Source of the DNA: a virus
Taxonomy: Duplodnaviria; Heunggongvirae; Uroviricota; Caudoviricetes
IMG/VR virus record: IMGVR_UViG_3300032103_000073
Direction: 5' to 3' (one strand)
DNA: 51,360 bases
Each line of letters opens with the position of its first letter. The first letter of the stretch is position 1. The position numbers were made by a program, and so were the translations under genes. The notes beneath the pieces were generated by a model. It had not been told where the DNA came from. It made no database searches and was given only the letters and a program-made list of their open reading frames with translations. Of this stretch, positions 34,863-43,492 are shown piece after piece.

Positions 34863-35368
34863 ACCGAGACTATGATACTGGCACTGCTGAAGATGTAGTT
34901 TTCTTTTCCGGCAAGGAAGTAGAGCACACTCCTGCATTTGGTATGCAAACTTTATTTGTAGTTGGTATACAACCAACTGACGAAATTGCAAAAAGATTAA
35001 ATGGTGCTAACCATATATTCTTTGGTGCCAATCATAGTTTTAGTCCAAAAAATAATAAAGATTGGGTAGATTGGGAGAGAATGATTACATTCTTTCTCGA
35101 TCGAGACTTTCTTTGCAGTTTGGATATTCCTATTAGTGCTGTTGAAGAATTTAACGAAGGCGGTTTGAACGAACGCGATAACTTTATTCCGCAAATTCGG
35201 GTGCCTATACCGTATATTAAATTATGGAATTATAATACAATGTTAAAAATAGACGATAAAGATTTTAAAGCAACAAACCCCGGTGTATGGAGCCATAGTT
35301 TGCATGACTTAAAAGATCGTTCTAAATTTACCAGCTGGGACAAATATAAAGGCGATAGCATATTGTGA
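34859..35368 (+). CDS. hypothetical protein in the DNA-modification cluster
   Basis: Coupled to the dpdA-like gene; HIFFGANHSF, KIDDKDFKATNPGVW. Confidence 0.7.
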   Translation: MNRDYDTGTAEDVVFFSGKEVEHTPAFGMQTLFVVGIQPTDEIAKRLNGANHIFFGANHSFSPKNNKDWVDWERMITFFLDRDFLCSLDIPISAVEEFNEGGLNERDNFIPQIRVPIPYIKLWNYNTMLKIDDKDFKATNPGVWSHSLHDLKDRSKFTSWDKYKGDSIL

Positions 35369-36465
35369 GTAAAATATTTTTAGTTGATTTAGAAGCAGTA
35401 GAAACCCGTTATACGGGAGAATGGAAACATCATGTACCCGAACTTCTCAAGCAAGCAGGACATCAAGTTCAAGTTATCAGTGGTCCTACGGACATTCCTA
35501 GTGCCACTACTCCTGGTGCCTTTCTTAATTTTGGCGGCACTAATATCTATAAGTCTAGCCAAGTTGAGCAAATGGGTAGGCTTTTTACATCCGGAGCAGT
35601 TAAGTCTGGGGATCACTTTATCTTTACTGATGCTTGGCACCCTGGTATCATAAACTTAAAGTACATGAGCGAACTACTTAACATTCCTGTGAAGATTCAT
35701 GCTCTGTGGCATGCTGGTAGTTATGACCCACAAGACTTCCTAGGACGTCTTGTTGGAGATAAACCCTGGGTAAGACATGCAGAGAAAAGTTTCTTCCATG
35801 CTATCGATTACAACTACTTTGCTACAGACTTTCATATCGAATTGTTTTTCACTAACCTGCTTAACAACGGTATTCAATCTAGTACCCCTGTGCTAGAACG
35901 TGCAGATGTTAAGGACTGGTTATCTAATGGAAAAATAGTTCGCACTGGCTGGCCAATGGAGTATATGGATGCAACTCTAGCACCTTATAAAAATTTACCC
36001 AAGCGTGATTTAATTTTATTCCCCCATCGTATCGCTCCGGAAAAGCAGTTAGCTATCTTTAAAGACCTAGCACATTGGTTGCCTCAATACGAGTTTGTTG
36101 TTTGCCAAGAGCAGCAACTGACCAAGCACGAGTATCACACACTGCTAGGGCAGGCTAAGATGGTATTTAGTGCTAACTTACAAGAAACACTAGGCATTAG
36201 TATGTACGAAGGTGCATTAGTTGGCGCAATTCCATTAGTGCCGGATCGTCTAAGCTACACTGAAATGTTTAGCGATACATTCAAGTACCCAAGTACTTGG
36301 ACATCGGATTACGACACTTATACAGCATACCGGCCGGATCTAGTTAGAACTATTATTACCCATATGGACAATTATTCCACTAGGGTAAAACAAATTGAAC
36401 AACAGGCACAAGACTTGACCGAGTATTTCTTTAGTGCTGATCGGTTGTTGGATGTTATTAAATGA
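35365..36465 (+). CDS. GT-B glycosyltransferase
   Basis: FPHRIAPEKQ and ETLGISMYEG (E-x7-E) motifs; PLVPDRLSY.E. Confidence 0.8.
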   Translation: MSKIFLVDLEAVETRYTGEWKHHVPELLKQAGHQVQVISGPTDIPSATTPGAFLNFGGTNIYKSSQVEQMGRLFTSGAVKSGDHFIFTDAWHPGIINLKYMSELLNIPVKIHALWHAGSYDPQDFLGRLVGDKPWVRHAEKSFFHAIDYNYFATDFHIELFFTNLLNNGIQSSTPVLERADVKDWLSNGKIVRTGWPMEYMDATLAPYKNLPKRDLILFPHRIAPEKQLAIFKDLAHWLPQYEFVVCQEQQLTKHEYHTLLGQAKMVFSANLQETLGISMYEGALVGAIPLVPDRLSYTEMFSDTFKYPSTWTSDYDTYTAYRPDLVRTIITHMDNYSTRVKQIEQQAQDLTEYFFSADRLLDVIK

Positions 36466-36896
36466 GTATTATATATTTTTTTATTTGGACTTTTGTTTTA
36501 TATTGGATACATCGCATCGGACATAGAGTATCTTTTATAAAACAATATCATTTAGATCATCATGGATTTATTTTAAAAAATGGAAACCCAGGTTGGTCAT
36601 GGAATAACTTATTTCTTTTTAATGATACATGGCTTAGTACTATCGACTTGTGGATAACTGAGGTTATACCTACTTTAGTTTTTAGTTGGCTCACAGACCA
36701 ATGGTGGATATTTACCTTTTATTACATTTGGGCTGCGCTAGTTCAAGAAGTTATAGAACATAATACTAATTTTAATATGCCATTGCTTACATCAGGCAAA
36801 TGGCATGTTCTACATCACTATCAGCCTAACAAAAATTTTAGTTTATTTTTTCCATTGTGGGATATATTATTTGGGACACATGCACATGTGGACTAG
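36462..36896 (+). CDS. fatty acid hydroxylase/sterol desaturase-family membrane protein
   Basis: His boxes YWIHRIGH, HLDHH, EH and HVLHH; NF..FFPLWDILFGT. Confidence 0.8.
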   Translation: MSIIYFFIWTFVLYWIHRIGHRVSFIKQYHLDHHGFILKNGNPGWSWNNLFLFNDTWLSTIDLWITEVIPTLVFSWLTDQWWIFTFYYIWAALVQEVIEHNTNFNMPLLTSGKWHVLHHYQPNKNFSLFFPLWDILFGTHAHVD

Positions 36897-37791
36897 TGAA
36901 AATAATTGGTACACTTGGAGATATGGTGATCACCCATTGTTTAGTAGGCAAACGGGCAGCTTAACATGGCACACATATTATAATGCCAAGATATCGAGAG
37001 TGGGTACATTTAAAGAAGAAATGCTCGATGCTGCTCGTAGTACATTGGATCATTACAGCGGCTTACAGCCTTGCATATTCTTCAGTGGTGGCACAGAGAG
37101 TGAGCTAGTATTACGTGCTTACTTAGATGTTGGTGCAAAGCCTATTGTAAACATATTCAGGTTCGAAGACCACATAAACGAGTATGACGTTGCCTATGCT
37201 ATTGTTATATGTAACCAACTAGGCGTTGACTACAATATTATCAACTTTAACTTAAAACGTTTCTTTGAGAACGATGCCGAACAAATAAGCGAGATCGCAC
37301 AAGTCGATAGACCGCGTGGCTTGCCGCAGTTAAAGTTTCTTGACTATACAGAAGGCTTTGCAGTTTTAGGTATTGGCGATCCGCGATGGAGTCGTAGCAT
37401 TAAAGACAATACACCATGGGTATTATTAGACCAAGAACATGACACAGGATGGGACAAGTACATCCTGTGTCGGGGAGAACCTGCTATTGCTCAATGGTTT
37501 AAATGGACACCAGGTCTTGTATTATCTTACACTGAGCTACAATGGTTTAAAGATTTAATCATAAAAAACCGCTGGACAGGTAGAGAAGGTGTGACCTCCA
37601 CAAAACTAATAGGTTATAGAGAAGCGTATCCTGACATGCTGGAGAGAACCAAAAAGACGGGCATGGAACCAATTGACACTCTAATTGATGAATTTGAACA
37701 GTTCCTTGAAAAGAAGTATAGTGGCTTACCTTTTAGGCAAGTGGTACCAAGGTCACTAGAGCAACTAAGAAAAGAGATATTAAATGATTAA
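36886..37791 (+). CDS. PP-loop-like (adenine nucleotide alpha-hydrolase) protein
   Basis: IFFSGGTESE (variant of SGGxDS); K.TG.E near the C-terminus. Confidence 0.55.
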   Translation: MWTSENNWYTWRYGDHPLFSRQTGSLTWHTYYNAKISRVGTFKEEMLDAARSTLDHYSGLQPCIFFSGGTESELVLRAYLDVGAKPIVNIFRFEDHINEYDVAYAIVICNQLGVDYNIINFNLKRFFENDAEQISEIAQVDRPRGLPQLKFLDYTEGFAVLGIGDPRWSRSIKDNTPWVLLDQEHDTGWDKYILCRGEPAIAQWFKWTPGLVLSYTELQWFKDLIIKNRWTGREGVTSTKLIGYREAYPDMLERTKKTGMEPIDTLIDEFEQFLEKKYSGLPFRQVVPRSLEQLRKEILND

Positions 37792-38128
37792 AGTACAATT
37801 TACAGGCGGTAGCCCAAACATGTATCAAGTTGATCGTGGCTACAACCAACCCGGCATCACTGGTGCAGTTCAATGGAACGGCGCAATGAAATGTTTCGAA
37901 GTCAGCACCGGAAGTGCTTGGCAACGTATTGATAACACACTAGAGTTCAATGTAGCTGGTGGACCTGACGTTTGGGCAATGCACATGTGGATAGAAGAAC
38001 AAAAAGCAGCACAGGCTAAAGAAAAGGAATTACGCAGTAAATATCCTACACTAGACCAAGCATACAAAGAGCTTGAATTTTTAAAAGCGGTAATAGCAGA
38101 TGATATTCAACAAAGTAAGACAACTTAA
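37784..38128 (+). CDS. hypothetical protein
   Basis: Coupled ORF. Confidence 0.65.
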   Translation: MIKVQFTGGSPNMYQVDRGYNQPGITGAVQWNGAMKCFEVSTGSAWQRIDNTLEFNVAGGPDVWAMHMWIEEQKAAQAKEKELRSKYPTLDQAYKELEFLKAVIADDIQQSKTT

Positions 38129-38567
38129 AGAACAAGGTAAGAAAATTGGAATCACATTTTCTTCTTTCGATTTACTACACGCTGGGCACGTTGCTATGCT
38201 GGCAGAAGCCAAAAATCACTGTGACTACCTTATATGCGGACTCCAGACAGATCCAACTATTGATCGCCCAGGTACTAAAAACAAGCCAATACAATCTGTC
38301 GTGGAACGGCAGATCCAGTTGGCGTCGTGCCGCTATGTTGATGAAGTTGTTGTGTACACAACCGAACAAGATCTAGTCGACTTGCTCCTCATACTCCCAG
38401 TGGATGTTAGAATACTTGGCGTCGAGTATGCCGATAAAGAGTTCACAGGTAAAAGTGAATGCCAGCTCAGATCCATCGACATTATCTTTAACGGTAGAGA
38501 TCACTCCTTTAGTTCCAGTAGCCTACGTAAACGTGTCTATGATAGTGAAGCCAACAAGCGAGAATAA
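38100..38567 (+). CDS. cytidylyltransferase (TagD-like)
   Basis: FDLLHAGH, ER..QL..CRYVDEV and R.HSFSSS.LR motifs. Confidence 0.9.
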   Translation: MIFNKVRQLKEQGKKIGITFSSFDLLHAGHVAMLAEAKNHCDYLICGLQTDPTIDRPGTKNKPIQSVVERQIQLASCRYVDEVVVYTTEQDLVDLLLILPVDVRILGVEYADKEFTGKSECQLRSIDIIFNGRDHSFSSSSLRKRVYDSEANKRE

Positions 38568-38570
38568 CAA

Positions 38571-39380
38571 ATGAAAACAAAAATAGCAGTAATAGGCCTG
38601 GGGTTTGTAGGCGGAACGATATTCAAATCGTTTGTAGAAGATCAAGCAGTTTATTGTGACACCGTAGGTATAGATCCTGCAAAAGGAACATCTGCAACTA
38701 TCAAAGACATTGCCGACTTTGATGCAGTCTTTGTCTGTGTACCTAGCCCACAAGGTGCTGACGGTAAGGCAGACACGAGCATACTAGAAGCAGTGTTAAA
38801 GGATCTAGCAGCAGTAAACTTTAAAGGTGTAATTATCAGCAAAGTGACTGCACCTCCTGATGTGTATACGCGACTACAAGAAACATATATCAATCTTGTG
38901 CATGCACCTGAGTTCCTAACAGCCGCAAATGCTTTTGATGACTACATCCATGGTAGGTTTGCTATTATCGGAGGTGCAGTCACTGCTTATAGAAACGAAG
39001 CAGAGCGTATTATACGTATGAGCCAAACTGGATTAAACAGTGTTGTTCATTGTACAATAGGTGAAGCTGCTCTCGCAAAATATACTATCAATTCATTCCT
39101 TGCTACCAAAGTAATCTTTATGAATGAAATGGAAAAGCTAGCGACCAACTCAGGAATGGATTGGTCTAAAGTTGTCAGTGCAATAAGGCAGGATAAGAGA
39201 ATTGGTACAAGTCATATGCAAGTGCCTGGTCCAGATGGGCAATATGGTTTTGGCGGAATGTGTTTTCCAAAAGATACCAGTGCCTTACTCAAATATGCAG
39301 AGCAGCAAGGAAATCAATTAAATGTTTTGGATGCAGCAGTGCAAAAAAATCTAATAATTCGCTTGACTGAACCTAAATAA
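38571..39380 (+). CDS. UDP-glucose/GDP-mannose dehydrogenase-family protein
   Basis: IGLGFVG, FVCVPSP, PEFL, KYTINSFLATK and GFGGMCFPKD motifs. Confidence 0.9.
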   Translation: MKTKIAVIGLGFVGGTIFKSFVEDQAVYCDTVGIDPAKGTSATIKDIADFDAVFVCVPSPQGADGKADTSILEAVLKDLAAVNFKGVIISKVTAPPDVYTRLQETYINLVHAPEFLTAANAFDDYIHGRFAIIGGAVTAYRNEAERIIRMSQTGLNSVVHCTIGEAALAKYTINSFLATKVIFMNEMEKLATNSGMDWSKVVSAIRQDKRIGTSHMQVPGPDGQYGFGGMCFPKDTSALLKYAEQQGNQLNVLDAAVQKNLIIRLTEPK

Positions 39381-39392
39381 CAAGTGTATAAT
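39363..39392 (+). promoter_or_regulatory. dual promoter: sigma70 (TTGACT-18bp-TATAAT) with an internal TAAATA
   Basis: -35 at 39363, TAAATA at 39374, -10 at 39387; upstream of folE. Confidence 0.6.
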
Positions 39393-39431
39393 CAATACAC
39401 AGGTGACCCACCACTTTAACTCGGAGAAAAA

Positions 39432-40148
39432 ATGACACAACTTAAATATAGAGAAGAAGACGGACGACTACTTAGTCAAGTGATCCGTGATAGACTTAAA
39501 AACGATAACAAACGTTTTTGGGCAGGCGACAACATTAGCGAATACATCAGTGATGTTGAAAAAGATCAACTAATCAATGAAGCAACAGGGGCTTTTGAAC
39601 AAGTACTAGATGCATTGATTATCGATCGCGAAAACGATCCAAACTCAAAAGGTACTGCAAGACGACTTGCCAAGATGTACTACAATGAAATTATGGCAGG
39701 TAGATATGATCCAGCACCAGACGCAACAGCATTTCCAAACGACTCGCAGGACCGTTACGAAGGTATGCTGGTTGTTCGTAGTGAGCTTCGCAGTATGTGT
39801 AGCCATCATCACCAACCCGTTAGTGGCGTTGCTTATATTGGTATTATTGCCGCTGAAAAGCTCATTGGACTCTCAAAGTATACAAGAATCGCCCAGTGGT
39901 GTGCAAGGCGAGGTACTCTCCAGGAGGAACTTTGTAATGACATTGCTAGGGAAATCGAAAAGGCAACAGGAGCAAGCGACTTAGGCGTTTATATGAGAAT
40001 GACTCACGGTTGCTGTGAAAATAGGGGTGTAATGGCTCACGACAGCTCGACTACTACAACCGTACTTAAAGGTGCTTTTAATAGCGATCAAGGTACGAAA
40101 AAAGAGTTCTTCGACACACTAAGTCTTCAGGAATCTAATAAGCGATAA
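39432..40148 (+). CDS. folE: GTP cyclohydrolase I
   Basis: TARRLAKMY, SMCSHH, IGLSKYTRI, LQEEL and HGCCENRG motifs. Confidence 0.95.
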   Translation: MTQLKYREEDGRLLSQVIRDRLKNDNKRFWAGDNISEYISDVEKDQLINEATGAFEQVLDALIIDRENDPNSKGTARRLAKMYYNEIMAGRYDPAPDATAFPNDSQDRYEGMLVVRSELRSMCSHHHQPVSGVAYIGIIAAEKLIGLSKYTRIAQWCARRGTLQEELCNDIAREIEKATGASDLGVYMRMTHGCCENRGVMAHDSSTTTTVLKGAFNSDQGTKKEFFDTLSLQESNKR

Positions 40149-40732
40149 TTATATCGCTTCTTTAGCAGGTACGGGGAAATACCGAAATATCGTGCAGCAG
40201 CTCCTATAGTAGGAAAAGTTATTCCTTCAACTACTATAGGGCGAACATTGGGGTTATTATTTCTTAAACTCATACGCTGTCGTTGTTCAGGAGCTTTCAT
40301 TGGATTGTTATTGATCATACGCTGCCTGACTTGTTCTACTATTTCTGGTTTAGAGAAATTATTATCTTTACCTGTTTTATAAGAGCCGCGAGATTTGCGA
40401 GTTTCTACCATTTTAGCATACGACTCGGGTTTGTATTCGCGAAATGGTAGAATCCAGGAAATGTCATATTCCTTGTTAAAAAGTTTATAAGCATACATCA
40501 TCCTATAACGAGAATCAGATTCTGTCATATTAATTAATAACCTATGACAAACTCTATGCTCTTTATAAGTTAGTACAACCAAGTTAGTGGTATCGTTTGT
40601 GCCGCCGAAACACCGTGGAATAATATGATGCGTTTGATACCCGTCATATTTTTGTTTAATGTGATTTCTTTGTTTTGCTCGTTCTATTATTTTGTAATAG
40701 ATGATGGTGTATTTGTTATCAATAAATAACAT
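40127..40732 (-). mobile_element. free-standing HNH homing endonuclease
   Basis: HHIIPRCFGG.N...NLVVLT..EH...H.LL; C-terminal NNPM motif and HTH-like F.TIGAAARYFG; oriented antisense. Confidence 0.85.
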
Positions 40733-40802
40733 TGCTGATAGTTCCTTTTCAACTGTTAGAGCCGGTGGTATTGTCCAGATACGCGATCGGCACTTTTATT
40801 TA
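40733..40802 (-). promoter_or_regulatory. late promoter and structured 5' leader of the HNH gene
   Basis: Minus strand reads TAAATA, then a GCCGAT..GTAT-loop-ATAC..ACCGGC stem, then an AGTT-GAAAAGG-AACT stem over the RBS. Confidence 0.55.
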
Positions 40803-40811
40803 TCAAAATAG

Positions 40812-40840
40812 TTGACAATCTAATATAAACAGTATAATAT
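40812..40840 (+). promoter_or_regulatory. sigma70-type promoter
   Basis: TTGACA at 40812; TATAAT at 40833 (15-bp spacer) or TAATAT at 17 bp. Confidence 0.5.
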
Positions 40841-40857
40841 ATGTATAAGGAAATGAG

Positions 40858-41049
40858 ATGAAAGATCCAAAGATCGAAGAGCTAGTAGCTCAGTTAAAGT
40901 CTTCCGTGGACAATGTAAATGTTGTAATGCAACTATTGCAGGAACTTGATGTCGATGTTAGAATTAGCTACATTGAGAGAAATATATCCAAAGAAATAGA
41001 CCAAAGCATTAGCGTTTGGCGAATAGAAGAACATAACAATTATCTATGA
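40858..41049 (+). CDS. hypothetical protein
   Basis: AAGGA RBS; coupled to the next ORF. Confidence 0.6.
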   Translation: MKDPKIEELVAQLKSSVDNVNVVMQLLQELDVDVRISYIERNISKEIDQSISVWRIEEHNNYL

Positions 41050-41336
41050 GTTATTCTTCTTGGTCAATGGCAGGATTTAATGGAACTTCGATGCAATCTA
41101 AAGTTGTAAATCCTGCTATTGAAATTAAACAAGGAGAAGATTCTGTTGTTGCTTTTAACACAGACGGCACTATTTCTTCTCCCGACGGAACAATAACTGT
41201 ATCTGACTGGATAGAAACAGTTCAGCTAATGAAGCAATTGATGATCGACATCGCACAAGATCCAGAATTGGCAGACAGGTTTCCTACTATAAAAGAAGCT
41301 GCACACAAATGGATGATAACAACATTAAGGAAATAA
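41046..41336 (+). CDS. hypothetical protein
   Basis: ATGA-coupled ORF. Confidence 0.6.
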   Translation: MSYSSWSMAGFNGTSMQSKVVNPAIEIKQGEDSVVAFNTDGTISSPDGTITVSDWIETVQLMKQLMIDIAQDPELADRFPTIKEAAHKWMITTLRK

Positions 41337-41337
41337 A

Positions 41338-41547
41338 ATGGCAACTAAAAAGAAAAAAGTAAGCGATAATGATGATTGTGTAATCACAAAAGGCACGCAT
41401 TTAACCGTGGCAACTTATAAAGATGGCTCTACTGTCTTAACTTGGGATGATGAACAATTATTAAAAGAAGTACGCGAAGCAATTGCAAGTGTAAAAATTG
41501 TTAAGCCCGCAGTCAAAGCACCTCACAAGAGGAAAGCTGCTAAATGA
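41338..41547 (+). CDS. hypothetical protein
   Basis: RBS present; coupled ORF. Confidence 0.6.
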   Translation: MATKKKKVSDNDDCVITKGTHLTVATYKDGSTVLTWDDEQLLKEVREAIASVKIVKPAVKAPHKRKAAK

Positions 41548-41714
41548 TTCCTACATTACTGGCTATACTAGGGTTTGTAATTTGTATGGGCTTGTTAAGT
41601 TTTACAATAAATCAAACTTTGCTTAAACGTGCCACTAGTTGTGGTGGCGACTGCCAACAAGGAAGACTTGAATGCAATTGCCGTAAATCAAACGATGAGT
41701 CAATTACTGGTTAA
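41544..41714 (+). CDS. small membrane-anchored Cys-rich protein (C-x3-C-QQGR-x2-C-x-C)
   Basis: Manually translated 56-aa ORF, ATGA-coupled. Confidence 0.55.
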   Translation: MIPTLLAILGFVICMGLLSFTINQTLLKRATSCGGDCQQGRLECNCRKSNDESITG

Positions 41715-41931
41715 TTTAAACTTTTGGGAAAGCAAGCAACTAGAGTACTGGTTGACAGACAACTATCCTGATTGTACAATACGTAGCTTATACGATAACT
41801 TTACTGCACCTGAACAAGACGAAGTCTACGCCATAGAAGGTGCATTAGATGATAACATGGTTTGTTATTTAAAATTAAAATACGGCGAGAAGATTAAAAG
41901 CGGAGTAAGATTTGGAAAACCTAAAGATTAG
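41695..41931 (+). CDS. hypothetical protein
   Basis: Likely start MSQLLV. Confidence 0.55.
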   Translation: MSQLLVNLNFWESKQLEYWLTDNYPDCTIRSLYDNFTAPEQDEVYAIEGALDDNMVCYLKLKYGEKIKSGVRFGKPKD

Positions 41932-42772
41932 TGAGATTTTTTACAGCGCACAAGGCGAGGGCAGATTTATTGGCGTGCCTAGTGTTTTTTTACGAACATT
42001 CGGTTGCAACTTTAAATGTGCAGGATTTGGTTTGCCTCGAGGTTCTAAAACAACAGAGCCAGACGAGATAGGACAAAAAGTACACTTATATAAAACATTT
42101 AATGACTTGCCGTTGGCTAATAGCGGTTGCGATAGCTATGCAAGCTGGCATCCTGCATTTAAACACTTAAGCCCTAGTTATAGTGTAGAGCAGGCTATCG
42201 ATGCTATGCTGGCACTAACACCAAATAATCACTGGCAACAGGCAAACGGAAATGATGTGCATTTGGTTATTACAGGTGGCGAGCCACTTTTGGGCTGGCA
42301 GGCATTGTATCCGCAGTTGCTATCTAACAAACGAATGTTAGACTTGCGTAATATTACATTTGAAACAAACGGTACTCAGAAGTTGCATGCAGACTTTAAG
42401 TACTTCTTGATGGATCAGTATCATATTACACGCGATGGAATAACATTTAGTGTTAGCCCGAAACTAAGTGCTAGCGGTGAGCGATGGGAAGATGCTGTTT
42501 GTCCGGATGTTGTCAGAGAATATCAACAAGTAGGGTATACATATCTAAAGTTTGTTGTTGATAGCATAGAAGATTTTGCAGAAGTAGATCGAGCAGTAGC
42601 AGAATATAGGCAAGCCGGCTTTAGTGGTCCTGTTTATGTTATGCCTGTAGGCGGAACAGATACAGCATATTTTGCCAATACTAAACACATCGCCGATGAA
42701 GCCCTGGCTCGTGGCTATCGTTATAGTCCTCGTCTGCACGTCGATATATGGTCCAATGGTTGGGGTAAGTAA
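41912..42772 (+). CDS. queE: 7-carboxy-7-deazaguanine synthase (radical SAM)
   Basis: SEIFYSAQGEG, FLRTFGCNFKC...CDS, ITGGEP, ETNGT, SPKL and RLH motifs. Confidence 0.9.
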   Translation: MENLKISEIFYSAQGEGRFIGVPSVFLRTFGCNFKCAGFGLPRGSKTTEPDEIGQKVHLYKTFNDLPLANSGCDSYASWHPAFKHLSPSYSVEQAIDAMLALTPNNHWQQANGNDVHLVITGGEPLLGWQALYPQLLSNKRMLDLRNITFETNGTQKLHADFKYFLMDQYHITRDGITFSVSPKLSASGERWEDAVCPDVVREYQQVGYTYLKFVVDSIEDFAEVDRAVAEYRQAGFSGPVYVMPVGGTDTAYFANTKHIADEALARGYRYSPRLHVDIWSNGWGK

Positions 42773-42972
42773 TGGAAACACATAAACGAACTATAGCAAG
42801 AATGTTAAGCTATAGGATAACTGCTTGGTTGTTTACTATATTGTGGACTTACTTGTTTACAGGAGACCTAGGAGAAGCAACTGGGTTTGCGACTGTATTG
42901 CATATTTTATTAAGTGTAGACTATTATATACACGAAAGAATTTGGTTAAAAATAGAATGGGGTAAACAATGA
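42772..42972 (+). CDS. DUF2061-like small membrane protein
   Basis: ETHKRTIARMLSYRI...YYIHERIWLKIEWG. Confidence 0.75.
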   Translation: METHKRTIARMLSYRITAWLFTILWTYLFTGDLGEATGFATVLHILLSVDYYIHERIWLKIEWGKQ

Positions 42973-43148
42973 AACTTATTATTACACGAAATCAATTTGA
43001 AAAGTTAAAAGAAATATTTGAAATGTATGAAGTCGACCGAGTTGTTTGGTCTGAAGAAAATACATCCGGAATAGGTCCGAATATTTCGTTAGAGTTTGAC
43101 CCCAAGTCTACTATTAAAGTGGATATAACAGACGTGGAGAATTGGTAA
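42969..43148 (+). CDS. hypothetical protein (59 aa, ends DITDVENW)
   Basis: Manually translated; overlaps both neighbours. Confidence 0.65.
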   Translation: MKLIITRNQFEKLKEIFEMYEVDRVVWSEENTSGIGPNISLEFDPKSTIKVDITDVENW

Positions 43149-43492
43149 TGAAAGCACAAAAACCAGCACAAGGCATTATGTTACAAAGTGACTTTGGTAA
43201 CAGTAAGAATTTTAAAGTAGAATGTGATTGTTCTAGTGATGATCACTCTGTATACATGTGGATTGAAGTACAACGTGATGCTGATGTGCCTGATGTGGAA
43301 GTAAGTTTTTACGTAACAACATGGACCCGAGAGTTTTGGCGTAACTGGCCTGCTCGTCTACGTGCCGTCTACGACATTTTAGTTAAAGGTGTACACAAGC
43401 AAGAGCACCATATGATCCTAAATAAACAGGCAGCATTGAACTTTGCAGATGCTATAAAAAGAACAGTTAAAGAAATGGAAGAAAAGAAATGA
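43148..43492 (+). CDS. hypothetical protein
   Basis: Coupled ORF with a CxC...H motif. Confidence 0.65.
   Translation: MKAQKPAQGIMLQSDFGNSKNFKVECDCSSDDHSVYMWIEVQRDADVPDVEVSFYVTTWTREFWRNWPARLRAVYDILVKGVHKQEHHMILNKQAALNFADAIKRTVKEMEEKK

Noticed and set aside
36886-37791. Calling this gene queC
   Set aside because: SGGTES deviates from SGGLDS, and the C-terminal zinc-binding Cys motif is absent
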